A DNA stretch of 45,726 nucleotides from Polyangiales bacterium. GTDB lineage: Bacteria; Myxococcota_A; Polyangia; Polyangiales; Ga0077539. The stretch is taken from positions 1 to 45,726 of the forward strand of contig JAXLYI010000029.1 of the NCBI GenBank assembly GCA_046351555.1, written 5' to 3'. Under the pieces are notes generated by a model. That model saw only the letters and a list, made by a program, of their open reading frames with translations, was not told the origin of the DNA and made no database searches. The translations under genes and the position numbers were made by a program. Positions 6,178-15,932 of this stretch are shown here, piece by piece (position 1 is the stretch's first letter; every line of letters starts with the position of its first letter).

Positions 6178-6807
6178 ATGCACGACGACGCCCTGCGGCC
6201 CGTACTCTTCCTTCTCGCGCTCAGCGCCATCGCGTTCGGCATGCGGCGCGCGACCGGCCGCCTCGCGCCGCGCGTCGCCCTCCTGCCGATCCTCTTCCTG
6301 CTCACGCGCTGGCCGGTGATCGCCGCCTGGATCGTGGGCGCCGCGGGCATGTTCGCGCTGCTGGTCCACAGCATCCAGGCCAACGGGCACGACCCCTCCG
6401 CGCAGTGGCCGCTGATCGTCGGCCTGAGCGTCTTCTGCGGGCTGGGCGCGGGGGTCCCGCTGGTGGGCGTCCCCTTCTTCGTGATGCGGCTCTTCGCCGC
6501 CGTGCCCGAGCTCCCGCTCGAGCGCGGTGAGGCCGTCGCGCGCGAGTGGCCCGGCAACCACTTCCTCGACGGCGAGGGGCGCGGCGGCAAGATGCTCCTG
6601 ACCACCGAGCGCCTCGGCTTCTGCCCCCACCGCTTCAACGTGCAGCTCGCGACCTGGAGCGTGCGCCGCGCCGACATCACCGCCCTGAGCGTCGAGGGCG
6701 AGCGGCTCCTGCTCGTCACGCACGCGGGCGCGGCCGAGCCGGCGTGGTTCGCGGTGCCCGACCCGCGGCAGGTGGCGCGCGAGATCGACCCGACGCTCGC
6801 CGGGTGA
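6178..6807 (+). CDS. Membrane protein with a C-terminal bacterial PH-like (bPH/GRAM-like) domain
   Basis: An ATG lies at residue 92 of ORF 5905..6807. There are three or four hydrophobic helices (LFLLALSAIAFG, LLPILFLLTRWPVIAAWIVGAAGMFALLV, LIVGLSVFCGLGAG), followed by ...GEGRGGKMLLTTERLGFCPHRFNVQLATWSVRRADITALSVEG... Confidence 0.6.
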   Translation: MHDDALRPVLFLLALSAIAFGMRRATGRLAPRVALLPILFLLTRWPVIAAWIVGAAGMFALLVHSIQANGHDPSAQWPLIVGLSVFCGLGAGVPLVGVPFFVMRLFAAVPELPLERGEAVAREWPGNHFLDGEGRGGKMLLTTERLGFCPHRFNVQLATWSVRRADITALSVEGERLLLVTHAGAAEPAWFAVPDPRQVAREIDPTLAG

Positions 6808-6820
6808 CCCGCGCCGTCCG

Positions 6821-9445
6821 TCAGTGGAGCGCGGGCGGCGCGGCGCTGTCGCGCGGCGGGAGCGAGTGGCGCGCCGGCGGGTGCTCGCGCACGTAGCGAG
6901 TGGCCTTCTCCACGTCGAGCGGCGGCGCGATGGCGTAGCCCTGCGCCACGTCGCACCCGAGCGCGCGGAGCGTCATGAGCTGCGCGTCGTCCTCGACCCC
7001 CTCGGCCACCACGGTGAGCCGCAGCGCGCGGGCGAGCTCGATGATCGAGCGGACGAGCGCCGCGGCGGAGCGGTCGCCGGTGCGGAGGCCGTCGGTGAGC
7101 CCGCGGTCGATCTTCACCTCCTCGGCGGGGAACTGCCGGAGGTACGCGATGGAGGCGTTGCCCGCGCCGTAGTCGTCGATGGAGACGTGGACGCCGAGGG
7201 CGCGGATGCGCGCGAGGAGGCGGGCGCCGCGGTCGGGGTCGGTCATCACGGCCGTCTCGGTGAGCTCGACGACGAGGCGCGAGGGCGCGATGTTGTGCGC
7301 GCGGAGCATCGCGGCGACGTCGTCGACGAAGCCCGCCTCGTGGAGCTGCCGCGGCGAGACGTTGACCGCCATGCGGAGGCGCGAGGGGCCGTGGAGATCA
7401 TCCCAGCGGGCGAGCTGCGCGAGGGCGTGGTCGAGCACCCAGGCGCCGATGGGGACGATCTGCCCGGTCTCCTCGGCGAGCGGGATGAAGCGGCCGGGGG
7501 GGATGGCGCGGCCGTCGGGGCGGTTCCACCGGGCGAGGGCCTCGACGCCGACGAGGGCGCCGTCGGCGACGCGCACCTTGGGCTGGTACGCCAGCGAGAA
7601 CTCCCCGCGCGCGATCGCCTCGTCGATCTCCGCGCGGAGCTCGACCTTCCCGCGGATCGCGTCGCCCATCGCGCTCTCGAAGCGCACCGCGCGGCCGCGG
7701 CCCTGGCGCTTGGCCTCGTAGAGCGCGATGTCCGCGTCGCGCAGCGCGTCGTCGGCCGCGTCGCCCGGCAGCGCCCGCCGCACCCCGACGCTCGCCCCGA
7801 GCGTGAACGACATCGCGTGGACCGCCACCGGCTCGCGCAGCGCCTCCACCACCGCCTCGGCCACGCGCTCGCCCTCGCCCTCGCCGCGCGCCTCCACCAC
7901 CGCGACGAACTCGTCGCCCCCGAGGCGGCCGATCCAGCGGTCGTCGCGCTCGCCGAGGACGGCCTCCATGCGCCGGGCGACGGTGGCGAGCACCGCGTCG
8001 CCCGCGGCGTGGCCGAAGGAGTCGTTGACCTCCTTGAAGCCGTCGAGGTCGATGAGGAGCACCGCGAGGGCTCTCCCCTCGGCGAGCCACGCCGCGAGCC
8101 GCGCGCGGAGCGTGGCGCGGTTGGGCAGGCCCGTGAGCGGGTCGACCGTGGCGAGGCGGTGGAGGGCGTCGACGTCGTGCGCGTTGAGCACCAGGCCCGC
8201 GACGTCGGGGTCGTCGCAGAGGTCGGTGACGCGGAGGTGGAAGTGCCGCAGCGCGCCGTCGACGCGGAGGCGGAGGTCGACCTCGGCGCGGTGGTCGGCG
8301 GACGACTGGGCGGCGGCGAAGGCGCGGCGGAGCTCGGCGAGGTCCGCAGGGTGGCAGGCCCGTTCGAAGCCGTCGGCGCTGACGGCGAGGCCGAGGCGCG
8401 AGGCGGTGGCGGGGGCCATTTCGACGACGGTTCCTTCGGGGAGGACGATGGCGACGACGTCGAGGGCGCCGGCGGACATCGTGCCGAGCGTGCGGGCGTG
8501 GGAGAGGGCGGCGTCGCGGACGAGCGACACGCAGCGGGCGCCGAAGAGCAGGGTGAGGGCCGCGCTCGACGCCATGCTCACGTGCGGGTCGAGGGCGCCG
8601 AGGAAGCCCGCCACGCCGGGCGCCGCGGTGGCGAGGGCGAGCAGGGCGACGCGGGCCCCGTTGCTCCGCCGGGGCATGAGGTTGAGCCGGACGAGGTCGC
8701 CCATCGACGGGTGCCACACCGACACGGCCACCGAGGCGCACGCGACGATGAGCGTCGCGGCGGTGAGCGCGTCGGGCCCGCGCTGCGCGAGGCGCCCGGA
8801 GAGCGTCCCGAGGTCGGAGACGAAGGAGAAGGTGGCGAACGAGAGGAGCGCGTAGAGCGACACGGGGCGCCGGCGCGCCATGGTGACGAGGGAGAGGGTG
8901 ACGGTGAAGGTCACGAGGTCGCCGGTGGGGTACACCAGCAGCGCGAGGCGGACGTCGACGGGGAGGGCGCGCGCCACGCGGTCGAACACGACGGCCCAGA
9001 CGAGCGCGGCCCCCGCGACGCCGACGATGAGCGCGTCGATGAGGACGAAGCGCGCGAAGCGGCGGTTGTTGACGCGCCCGAACGTGAGGATGGAGTCGAC
9101 CGCCATCACGTAGGCGAGCGCGAAGGCGACGTCACCGAGGCCGACGTCGCGCCCGCCGATGGTGTTGCCGCTCTGGCGGAAGAAGCACGCGAGCCCCGCG
9201 ACGCTGAGCCCGAGCGCGACGAGGTAGCGCGAGAGGGCCGGGCGGAGCGGCGGGGCGCGGCGCCAGGCGACCGCCACGGCCACGGCGCTCCCCACGAAGC
9301 ACGCGGTGATGAGCGGGTCGCGGGCCGACTCGGCGAAGTACGCCGTGAGGGACATCGCGCCGGCCGCCCACGCGAACACGCGCCACGCTCGCGCACGCGG
9401 CGCGGCGCCCGCCTCCGGGGGCGCGTCGGGCGGTCGGCTCGGCAC
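6821..9445 (-). CDS. Membrane-anchored GGDEF-EAL protein (diguanylate cyclase/phosphodiesterase)
   Basis: The 874-aa protein has an N-terminal multi-TM region and a GGDEF domain (RLGGDEFVAV). Its EAL domain shows ELTE, DDYGAG and EGVED motifs. Confidence 0.9.
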   Translation of the reverse strand: MPSRPPDAPPEAGAAPRARAWRVFAWAAGAMSLTAYFAESARDPLITACFVGSAVAVAVAWRRAPPLRPALSRYLVALGLSVAGLACFFRQSGNTIGGRDVGLGDVAFALAYVMAVDSILTFGRVNNRRFARFVLIDALIVGVAGAALVWAVVFDRVARALPVDVRLALLVYPTGDLVTFTVTLSLVTMARRRPVSLYALLSFATFSFVSDLGTLSGRLAQRGPDALTAATLIVACASVAVSVWHPSMGDLVRLNLMPRRSNGARVALLALATAAPGVAGFLGALDPHVSMASSAALTLLFGARCVSLVRDAALSHARTLGTMSAGALDVVAIVLPEGTVVEMAPATASRLGLAVSADGFERACHPADLAELRRAFAAAQSSADHRAEVDLRLRVDGALRHFHLRVTDLCDDPDVAGLVLNAHDVDALHRLATVDPLTGLPNRATLRARLAAWLAEGRALAVLLIDLDGFKEVNDSFGHAAGDAVLATVARRMEAVLGERDDRWIGRLGGDEFVAVVEARGEGEGERVAEAVVEALREPVAVHAMSFTLGASVGVRRALPGDAADDALRDADIALYEAKRQGRGRAVRFESAMGDAIRGKVELRAEIDEAIARGEFSLAYQPKVRVADGALVGVEALARWNRPDGRAIPPGRFIPLAEETGQIVPIGAWVLDHALAQLARWDDLHGPSRLRMAVNVSPRQLHEAGFVDDVAAMLRAHNIAPSRLVVELTETAVMTDPDRGARLLARIRALGVHVSIDDYGAGNASIAYLRQFPAEEVKIDRGLTDGLRTGDRSAAALVRSIIELARALRLTVVAEGVEDDAQLMTLRALGCDVAQGYAIAPPLDVEKATRYVREHPPARHSLPPRDSAAPPALH

Positions 9446-9494
9446 ACCTTTGTAAACGGGCGGACGCGGCCCGAACGTGAGGGGACGCTGTTCG

Positions 9495-10412
9495 TTACCT
9501 GCGCAGGTCGAGGTCGCCCGCGGCGAGGAGCGCGGCCTCGCGGAGCACCCACCAGGTGGCGCGGCGGCGGTCGGTCCAGGCCGGAGACACCGCGGCGACC
9601 GTCACCGGGTCGAGGCCCGCGGCCCGCGCGAGGCGACGCGATCGCGCGAGGTGGAAGGTGTCGCTCACGATCGCCACGGGGCCGAGCGGGAGCCCGCGCG
9701 CGCGGAGCACCCGGGCGGCCTCGGTCATGTTCTCGCGGGTGGTGTGCGAGCGCTCTTCGCGGAGGGAGACGTCGTCGGGCAGGCCCATCGCGCGCGCCAC
9801 GGACGCCGCCGCGACGCTCTCCGCGGGCCCGTGCGTCCCGACGCCGCCCGTGAAGAGCACGCGCTCCGCGAGGCCGTCGCGGTAGAGCCGCACGCCGCGC
9901 TCGATGCGCGCGACGAACACCGGCGAGGGGGTCCCGTCGTCGCGCAGGCCGAACCCGAGAACCACCGCCGTCCCGACGCGCCGCGGGGGGTCGCCGCCCG
10001 CCTCCGCCACGCAGCGCACCACCTCGCCGACGAAGAGCGCGCCGACCAACGCCACGGACGTTGCGACCGCCCACGCGACGCGCCCACCCCGCGCAGGCCA
10101 GCGCGTCGCGCACCACGCGCCGAGGGCCACGGAGAGCGCGCGGGCGGCGAGCCAGGCGGGGCGCGTCCAGGGGACACCGAAGGGGATCCACGCGCCGAGC
10201 GACGCGTCGAGCGCGACGGCCGCGAGCGCGGAGAGCGCCACGACGCGACGAGATGCTTGGGTGAGCCGGACGAGCGACCACGCCGACAGCGCGCCGAGGA
10301 GGAAGAGCGAGGCGCGCGCGGCGGGCGGGAGCGCGACGGCCGCGAGCACGGCGCCGAAGGTCTGCGCGGCGGCGGCGCCGAGGAGCATTGCGGCGAGCGC
10401 GGGGCGCTTCAC
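9495..10412 (-). CDS. YdcF/ElyC (DUF218) family protein
   Basis: The C-terminal 305 aa of ORF 9495..11216 read ...LFTGGVGTHGPAESVAAASVARAMGLPDDVSLREERSHTTRENMTEAARVLRARGL...VSDTFHLARS, which are DUF218 signatures. A GTG start at 10412 is used; an ATG at 10388 is the alternative. There is an N-terminal TM segment. Confidence 0.75.
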   Translation of the reverse strand: MKRPALAAMLLGAAAAQTFGAVLAAVALPPAARASLFLLGALSAWSLVRLTQASRRVVALSALAAVALDASLGAWIPFGVPWTRPAWLAARALSVALGAWCATRWPARGGRVAWAVATSVALVGALFVGEVVRCVAEAGGDPPRRVGTAVVLGFGLRDDGTPSPVFVARIERGVRLYRDGLAERVLFTGGVGTHGPAESVAAASVARAMGLPDDVSLREERSHTTRENMTEAARVLRARGLPLGPVAIVSDTFHLARSRRLARAAGLDPVTVAAVSPAWTDRRRATWWVLREAALLAAGDLDLRR

Positions 10413-11656
10413 GCGAGGCGCGCGATGCGGGCGACGAGGGCGGCGCCGTCGCGCGGGCGGAGGCTCGGGTCGCGGGCGAGGCAGTCGTCGACGAGGGACG
10501 CGAGCGCCCCGGTGGGCCCCGGGCAGAGCTCGCGCGCGAGGGCGCCGAAGGCGAACACGTCGGCGACGGGGTCGGCGGGCGCGCCGTCGGCGGCCTCGGG
10601 GGGCACGTAGCCGGGCGTCCCTTCGAACGCGCTCGCGGCCACGCCGGCGCGGCGCGCGAGGCCGTAGTCGGTGAGCACCGCCCGCCCGTCGGCGCGCAGG
10701 AGCACGTTGCCGGGCTTGAGGTCGCGGTGGACCCAGCGGCGCGCGTGGGTGGCGGCGAGGGCCCGCGCGACGTCGTCGAGCCACCCGATCGCCTCCGCGG
10801 GCGCGGGCTTCGCACGGGCGACGCGGGCGCGGAGCGAGCCGCCGCCGGCGTGCTCCATCGCGATGGCGCCGGCCTCTTCGAAGAGGTCGTGCACCCGGAC
10901 GACGCAGGGCGAGGCGACCGCGGCGGCGACCTGGGCCTCGCCGCGGAGGCGCGCGTTGCGGTCGGCGCGGGCCTGCGGGTGGTAGATCTTGAGCGCCACC
11001 TCGCGGCCGACGCGCTTGTCGCGCGCGAGGTAGACGGCGCCGGCGCCGCCGCGGCCGAGCTCGCGGAGGAGTTCGAAGCGCCCGACGGCGACGGACGACT
11101 CCGGGGCGAGCAGCGTCGCGCCGGCCTCGCCGGCCTTGGCGGGTCGCTTGAGGCGCGCGTGGCGCTCGCGCGCGCCGGGGTACTGGAGGTCGATCGCGAG
11201 CGCGGCCTCGTACCACCCGAGGGCGCCGGCGACGTCGCCCGACTCCGCGGCGAGGTCGCCGAGGCGGGTCATCGCGGCGGGCGCGTCGGCGAGGGGCCCC
11301 GCGGCGAGGGCGCGGAGCACGCGGTCAGTGGCCTCGCGGTCACCGCGCGAGAGGAAGAAATCCGCGAGCTCGAGGCGCGCCTCGGCGGTGAGGTCGGGGT
11401 GCTCGGCGTGGTCGCGCAGCCACCGCATGAGCGAGATGGAGGCCATGCGCGAGAGCTGCGCGCCGTCGAGGGCCTTGCGGACGCGGCGCACGCCCTCGGG
11501 CACGGGGAGCCCGGCGAGCTCGTCGAGCGGGTCGGCCTCGGGCCTCACGCGGGCGGGCTCCTTCTCGCTTTCATCGCTGTTCCCCACCTCGCCCTCCTCG
11601 GGGAAGGGGACGGGGTCGGGGCCGAAGATCCTTCGGAAGAAATCGCGGATTCCCAT
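10409..11656 (-). CDS. Ser/Thr protein kinase with an N-terminal TPR-like region
   Basis: The protein starts MGIRDFFRRIFGPDP... and carries the kinase motifs GRGGAGAVYLARD, VALK, HRDLKPGNVLL, DYGLAR and TPGYVPPE. The start was derived by counting back from the ORF end, and the gene is 415 aa. Confidence 0.85.
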   Translation of the reverse strand: MGIRDFFRRIFGPDPVPFPEEGEVGNSDESEKEPARVRPEADPLDELAGLPVPEGVRRVRKALDGAQLSRMASISLMRWLRDHAEHPDLTAEARLELADFFLSRGDREATDRVLRALAAGPLADAPAAMTRLGDLAAESGDVAGALGWYEAALAIDLQYPGARERHARLKRPAKAGEAGATLLAPESSVAVGRFELLRELGRGGAGAVYLARDKRVGREVALKIYHPQARADRNARLRGEAQVAAAVASPCVVRVHDLFEEAGAIAMEHAGGGSLRARVARAKPAPAEAIGWLDDVARALAATHARRWVHRDLKPGNVLLRADGRAVLTDYGLARRAGVAASAFEGTPGYVPPEAADGAPADPVADVFAFGALARELCPGPTGALASLVDDCLARDPSLRPRDGAALVARIARLA

Positions 11657-11749
11657 CGCGGGCGCCGCACTCTGCAACGGCGCGGCGGGGACTTCAATGG
11701 GGCGCGTTGGCAATGCACGCGCCGGCGCCGGTCGCGATATCGTGGGGCC

Positions 11750-13753
11750 ATGAAGCACCTCATGCGCTGGACGGCGGCCGCGGCGCTGGCGGGCTGCGCG
11801 GCCGAGGACCCGCCGACCGTCGACCCCGGCTGCGACGACCTCGGCGTCTGCGGCGACGGCGGTGACGCTGCGACGGCGCCCGACGACGCGTCGAAGGTCC
11901 CGGCGTTCGACGTCGCGCGCGACGACCGGAGCGCGCTGGTCTCGATCGCGCTCGACCCGGCCAACCCGTCGCTCGTCGCGCGCCCCGGGACGCCGCCGTC
12001 GGTGGCCTTCCGCGTCGTGGGCCGGCAGCGCGACGGCGCCACGCGCGAGGTGACCCGCTACCTCCGCTTCACGCTCGACAACGGCGCCCTCGGCGCGCTC
12101 GACCCCGACACCGGGGCGTTCACCGGGACGGGCGTGGCGGGCGTCGGGCGCGTGCGCGTGGCCCTCGTCGACGGCAGCGCGCTCACCGCGGAGACCACGC
12201 TCACCGTCAACGTGCGGAGCACCACGCTCGTCGGTGTCACCGAGGCCGACCAGATGACGCTCGACCGCACGCCCGCCACCGGCGCCGCGGCGGAGGTTCC
12301 TGCCATCGACTACCCGCTGGCGCGCGCCGTCTTCCCGCAGAACGCCTTCCCCCCGCTCGTCCAATGGACGCCGCGGCACCGCGCGCAGGCGACGGACGTC
12401 TACCGCGTGCGGCTCCAGCGCCCGCACGCGGTGGTCGACGCGTACATCCGGGCCAACACCCCGATGTTCAACCACTCGTGGCGGCCGCCGGCGGAGGCCT
12501 GGGCGGCGCTCGCGCGCGGGGACTTCGCCTCGCCCATCACGGTGTCGGTGACGGTGCTCTCCGCCGGCACGACGCGCGAGAGCGAGGCGCGCGTCTTCCG
12601 CACGGTGGACGCCGTCATCGCGGGGAGCGTGTACTACTGGTCGCCGCCGGCCTCGCGCCTGCGCCGCATCGACGTCGAGAGCGCGCGGCGCGTCGACTTC
12701 CTGCCCAACCCGGGCGACACCTGCATCGGGTGCCACTCGGTGTCGCGCGACGGGCGGCAGCTCGCGGGCTTCCTCGAAGGGTCCGGCGAGAACCTTGCGC
12801 TCTACGACCTCACGCGCGACCTCACCGGCCGCCCCGCCGCCGTCAACGCGCGCGTCCCCTACTCAGTGCGGCGGTGCACGTCCTTCAGCCCCGACGGGTC
12901 GCGGCTCGTCTCGGGCGACTGCGGGGCCAACCCGTCGTCGATGCCCTTCACCCTCATCAACGGTCGCGACGGCCGCCCCGTCACGCCGATGGGGAGCCCC
13001 GGCAACGGCTTCGACCCCGAGTGGTCGCCCGACGGCCAGCTCATCGCCTACACCAACCGGACGGACGCGCTCGCCGTTACGCCCGTCACCGCGGCCGACA
13101 CGTTCGGCGCCGCGCGCGTGCTCCACACCCCCGTGTCGTCTGAGGCGTCGATGCGCATGGACTGGCACCCGACGTGGTCGCCCGACTCGCGCTGGATCGC
13201 CTTCCAGCGCGGGGTTTCGCGCCGCACTGCGATGGGCGACGGCTCGCTCTGGCTCCTCGCCCGCGGCGGCGGCGCGCCCGTCCGCCTGGACAACGCCAAC
13301 GGCGGCGCGGGCACGCAGACCACGTACCGGCCGCAGTTCTCGCCCTTCAACTCGGGCGGGTACTTCTGGCTGCTGTTCACCACGCAGCGGCCCTACGGCA
13401 ACATGGGCGCGGGCACGCGCAACCTGAAGCAGATCTGGGTGACGGCGATCCGCAACGCGCCCGACGGGCGGGCGGACCCCTCGGAGGTTCCGTACTACCT
13501 CGACGGGCAGGAGACGGCGACGGCGCTGTCGCCCTACTGGGCCCCGGCGCCCTGCCGCCCCAACGGCAACGCCTGCTCGTCGGGTGCCGACTGCTGCAGC
13601 GGGGCGTGCGAGCCCGACAGCATGGGCCGCAACGCTTGCGCGCGCCCGCGTTCGATGTGCATCGCGCGGGGCGGCCGGTGCGGCGCCGACGGCGACTGCT
13701 GCGCGGGCCTCGCCTGCACCAACAACCTCTGCGACCTGCCGCCGCCGATGTGA
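11750..13753 (+). CDS. Lipoprotein with a TolB-like beta-propeller and a C-terminal Cys-rich knot domain
   Basis: An ATG lies at residue 455 of ORF 10388..13753. The signal and lipobox read MKHLMRWTAAAALAGC. Repeated FSPDGS/WSPDGQ/WSPDSR propeller blades follow. The C-terminus is CRPNGNACSSGADCCSGACEP...CGADGDCCAGLACTNNLCD. Confidence 0.8.
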   Translation: MKHLMRWTAAAALAGCAAEDPPTVDPGCDDLGVCGDGGDAATAPDDASKVPAFDVARDDRSALVSIALDPANPSLVARPGTPPSVAFRVVGRQRDGATREVTRYLRFTLDNGALGALDPDTGAFTGTGVAGVGRVRVALVDGSALTAETTLTVNVRSTTLVGVTEADQMTLDRTPATGAAAEVPAIDYPLARAVFPQNAFPPLVQWTPRHRAQATDVYRVRLQRPHAVVDAYIRANTPMFNHSWRPPAEAWAALARGDFASPITVSVTVLSAGTTRESEARVFRTVDAVIAGSVYYWSPPASRLRRIDVESARRVDFLPNPGDTCIGCHSVSRDGRQLAGFLEGSGENLALYDLTRDLTGRPAAVNARVPYSVRRCTSFSPDGSRLVSGDCGANPSSMPFTLINGRDGRPVTPMGSPGNGFDPEWSPDGQLIAYTNRTDALAVTPVTAADTFGAARVLHTPVSSEASMRMDWHPTWSPDSRWIAFQRGVSRRTAMGDGSLWLLARGGGAPVRLDNANGGAGTQTTYRPQFSPFNSGGYFWLLFTTQRPYGNMGAGTRNLKQIWVTAIRNAPDGRADPSEVPYYLDGQETATALSPYWAPAPCRPNGNACSSGADCCSGACEPDSMGRNACARPRSMCIARGGRCGADGDCCAGLACTNNLCDLPPPM

Positions 13754-13760
13754 GCGGGCG

Positions 13761-15392
13761 CTACCGGATCGAGCGGGTGTCGACCGCGAGATAGCGGAGC
13801 GTGGTGCCGGACGTCGACGGCTCCCACACGACGAGGTGGAGCGCGTCGCCGCGGGCCGCGAGCGCGACCTCGGGCACGATGCCCGCCGCGTTGACGCGGA
13901 AGCGCGCGGTGGTGGCGATGGTGGCGTCGCCGACGCGGGCGAGCGTGACGGTGGCGCCGCCGCGCCGCGCGGTCTCGTTGCGCGTGCACGTGCACCGCGG
14001 CGGGACGATGCCGCCCCCGCCCATGCAGCCCACGCCCCCGCTGGAGAGCGCGTAGTCGACCTCGTAGTCGTGCGTGGCCCACGCCGCCCAGAGCGTCCCG
14101 TCGCCGGTGCGCGCGAGGGCGACCGCGCGGGAGAGGCCGCGCGTCTGCTCGGTGCAGCGCGTGAGCCCGCCGCACGCGTCGGCGCCCGTCGGGCCGCCCA
14201 TCGCGGGGGGGCAGTTGCTCGCCCCGTCCATCAGCGTCGCGGCGAGGAGGCGGTCGCGCCACGCGGTGTCGGCGACGCCGCGGGTGTACACGTGAAGGCC
14301 GTCGGGGCGGTAGTCCGCGAGGGCGGGCCACGTGGTGCGGCCGTTGGCGCCGTCGGCGGTCATCGCGGGCATCGCGTTGCCGACGACGCCGCCGGTCTCG
14401 GTGGCGCGGAGGTCGTAGGTGCGCCCGTCGGGGTCGAGCAGGCGGAGCACGGTGCGCGCGCTCTCGTAGAGCCACCACGCGGCCCAGGGCCGGGCGTTGA
14501 GGTCGATCGCGACGTTGGGGAACGCCTGCGTCATGCCCGGCAGCGGCCGCGACGACCAGCACCCCGCGCGCAGCGTCGCGAGCGAGGAAGCGCCGCTCAC
14601 GTTGTAGACGGCGAGGTAGCCGTTGTTCTCGTCGACGAAGGCGCCGGAGGAGGCGATGAGCAGGTCGGCGCCGGACGAGGCGGCCTGGCCACGGCGCCAT
14701 ACGCCGTCGCGCTCGTGGACGGTGGCGACGCCGGGGTTCTCGTTCTCGATGAGGACGGGGCGGCCGGAGGTGTCGACCGCGAGGCGACCGACGGCGTTGG
14801 AAGGGCCCACCCGCGGGGCCTCGGGCGCGCCCGTTTCGGGGATGGTGAAGAGCGTGTTGCGGAAGCCGCCCTGGTTGGTCGCGTAGAGCACCGTCACGCC
14901 CGTCCGCGTCGCCACCACCCAGGGGCCGTAGCCGCCGGTCATCGCGCAGCGGAGCGCGACGTTCGCCGTCACCGGGCACACGGCGGCGTCCACGCAGAGC
15001 GTGGCGGCGTTGATCGCCTGCGCGGTGGCGGTGCAGTCGGCCGCGGGCGCGAAGGGCGCGGCGTCGGCGCGCGGGCCGCAGAGGGTGGCGTCGACGGGGA
15101 CGTCCTGCCCGATCGGGACGTCGGCAGGCGGGACGTCGGCGGGCGGGACATCGACGGAGGGCACGTCGACGGAAGGAACGTCGGAAGAAGGCGCGTCCGT
15201 CGAAGGCGCGTCGGCGGAAGGAACGTCGGAGGCGGTGTCGACAGCGCCGTCCGCCGGCGCCTGGTTGGTGGTCGACGAGCACGCCGCCGCGAGGAGCGCG
15301 TGCGCGAGCAGGGCAGCACGCCAGGGCGACGCGGCGACGGGAGGCACAGCGTGGCACGAAGACGTAACGGGCACGGGCTTGCGGAAGGGCAT
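13761..15392 (-). CDS. Secreted repeat-containing lipoprotein
   Basis: The 543-aa protein has the signal and lipobox ...ALLAHALLAAACSS. It carries DVPSVDVPSVDVPPADVPPADVP tandem repeats, encoded by a 15-nt period repeat at about 15110-15240, followed by a large beta-rich domain. Confidence 0.7.
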   Translation of the reverse strand: MPFRKPVPVTSSCHAVPPVAASPWRAALLAHALLAAACSSTTNQAPADGAVDTASDVPSADAPSTDAPSSDVPSVDVPSVDVPPADVPPADVPIGQDVPVDATLCGPRADAAPFAPAADCTATAQAINAATLCVDAAVCPVTANVALRCAMTGGYGPWVVATRTGVTVLYATNQGGFRNTLFTIPETGAPEAPRVGPSNAVGRLAVDTSGRPVLIENENPGVATVHERDGVWRRGQAASSGADLLIASSGAFVDENNGYLAVYNVSGASSLATLRAGCWSSRPLPGMTQAFPNVAIDLNARPWAAWWLYESARTVLRLLDPDGRTYDLRATETGGVVGNAMPAMTADGANGRTTWPALADYRPDGLHVYTRGVADTAWRDRLLAATLMDGASNCPPAMGGPTGADACGGLTRCTEQTRGLSRAVALARTGDGTLWAAWATHDYEVDYALSSGGVGCMGGGGIVPPRCTCTRNETARRGGATVTLARVGDATIATTARFRVNAAGIVPEVALAARGDALHLVVWEPSTSGTTLRYLAVDTRSIR

Positions 15393-15426
15393 GGCGCGGT
15401 GGTCAGCAGGACGCGTGCCGCGGGCG

Positions 15427-15876
15427 CTACGTCCGCGCGGTGGGGGTGCCGGCGCCCCCGGCGAGCGCGCGCTCGATGGCGTCGAAGGCGTCGCCGTTGA
15501 GCGAGAAGGTCGAGCCGCCCTCGACGATCATCGAGCCGGCCGAGAGGACGCCGCCGCGCGTGAGGGAGATCGCGCGCCACGGCACCAGCAGCGCCGGGTG
15601 GAAGGGGAAGAGGCGCGACACGCGGACGACGAGGCCCTCGGGCGCCGCTTCGAAGCTCATGACCCCGCGGTAGCTCGCGACGCCGACGCGGTTGGCCCAG
15701 CCGCTCGGGAGCCCGGTCCCCTGGAAGCCCGGCGGCGCCCGGTAGCGCGCGGCCATCGCGCCCCAGCCCGCGGTGGCCGCGATGATCGCGCACACGAACG
15801 TCCAGATGCTGATGAAGAGCACCGGGAAGGCGACGAGGATCGCCGGCACGAGGTACCAGGGTGGGGACTCCTGCAT
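15427..15876 (-). CDS. Small membrane protein (149 aa)
   Basis: This is the C-terminal 149 aa of ORF 15427..17034, reading MQESPPWYLVPAILVAFPVLFISIWTFVCAIIAATAGWGAMAA... It has two TM helices and an ATG start. Confidence 0.5.
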   Translation of the reverse strand: MQESPPWYLVPAILVAFPVLFISIWTFVCAIIAATAGWGAMAARYRAPPGFQGTGLPSGWANRVGVASYRGVMSFEAAPEGLVVRVSRLFPFHPALLVPWRAISLTRGGVLSAGSMIVEGGSTFSLNGDAFDAIERALAGGAGTPTART

Positions 15877-15932
15877 GGCGCCGACGATACACCCGCGCGG
15901 TCGTGCGGATGGATCCACCTTTTTGCGGGCTT

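Noticed and set aside
6824-9853. 1009-aa plus-strand ORF, plus 7398..8741(-) and 7728..8855(+)
   Set aside because: These are frame shadows of the GGDEF-EAL gene on the minus strand. Their composition is dominated by Arg/Ala/Gly/Glu with no domain signature.
9106-11216. Long minus and plus ORFs (9106..10815-, 9477..10610+, 9904..10674+, 10388.. N-terminal part)
   Set aside because: They overlap the DUF218 and kinase genes in other frames and are Arg/Pro-rich nonsense. Only the C-terminal portions in the correct frame encode recognisable proteins.
13534-15500. 607-aa minus and 638-aa plus ORFs overlapping the repeat lipoprotein
   Set aside because: These are high-GC frame shadows. Only the 13761..15392(-) frame gives a signal peptide, a lipobox and a coherent domain.
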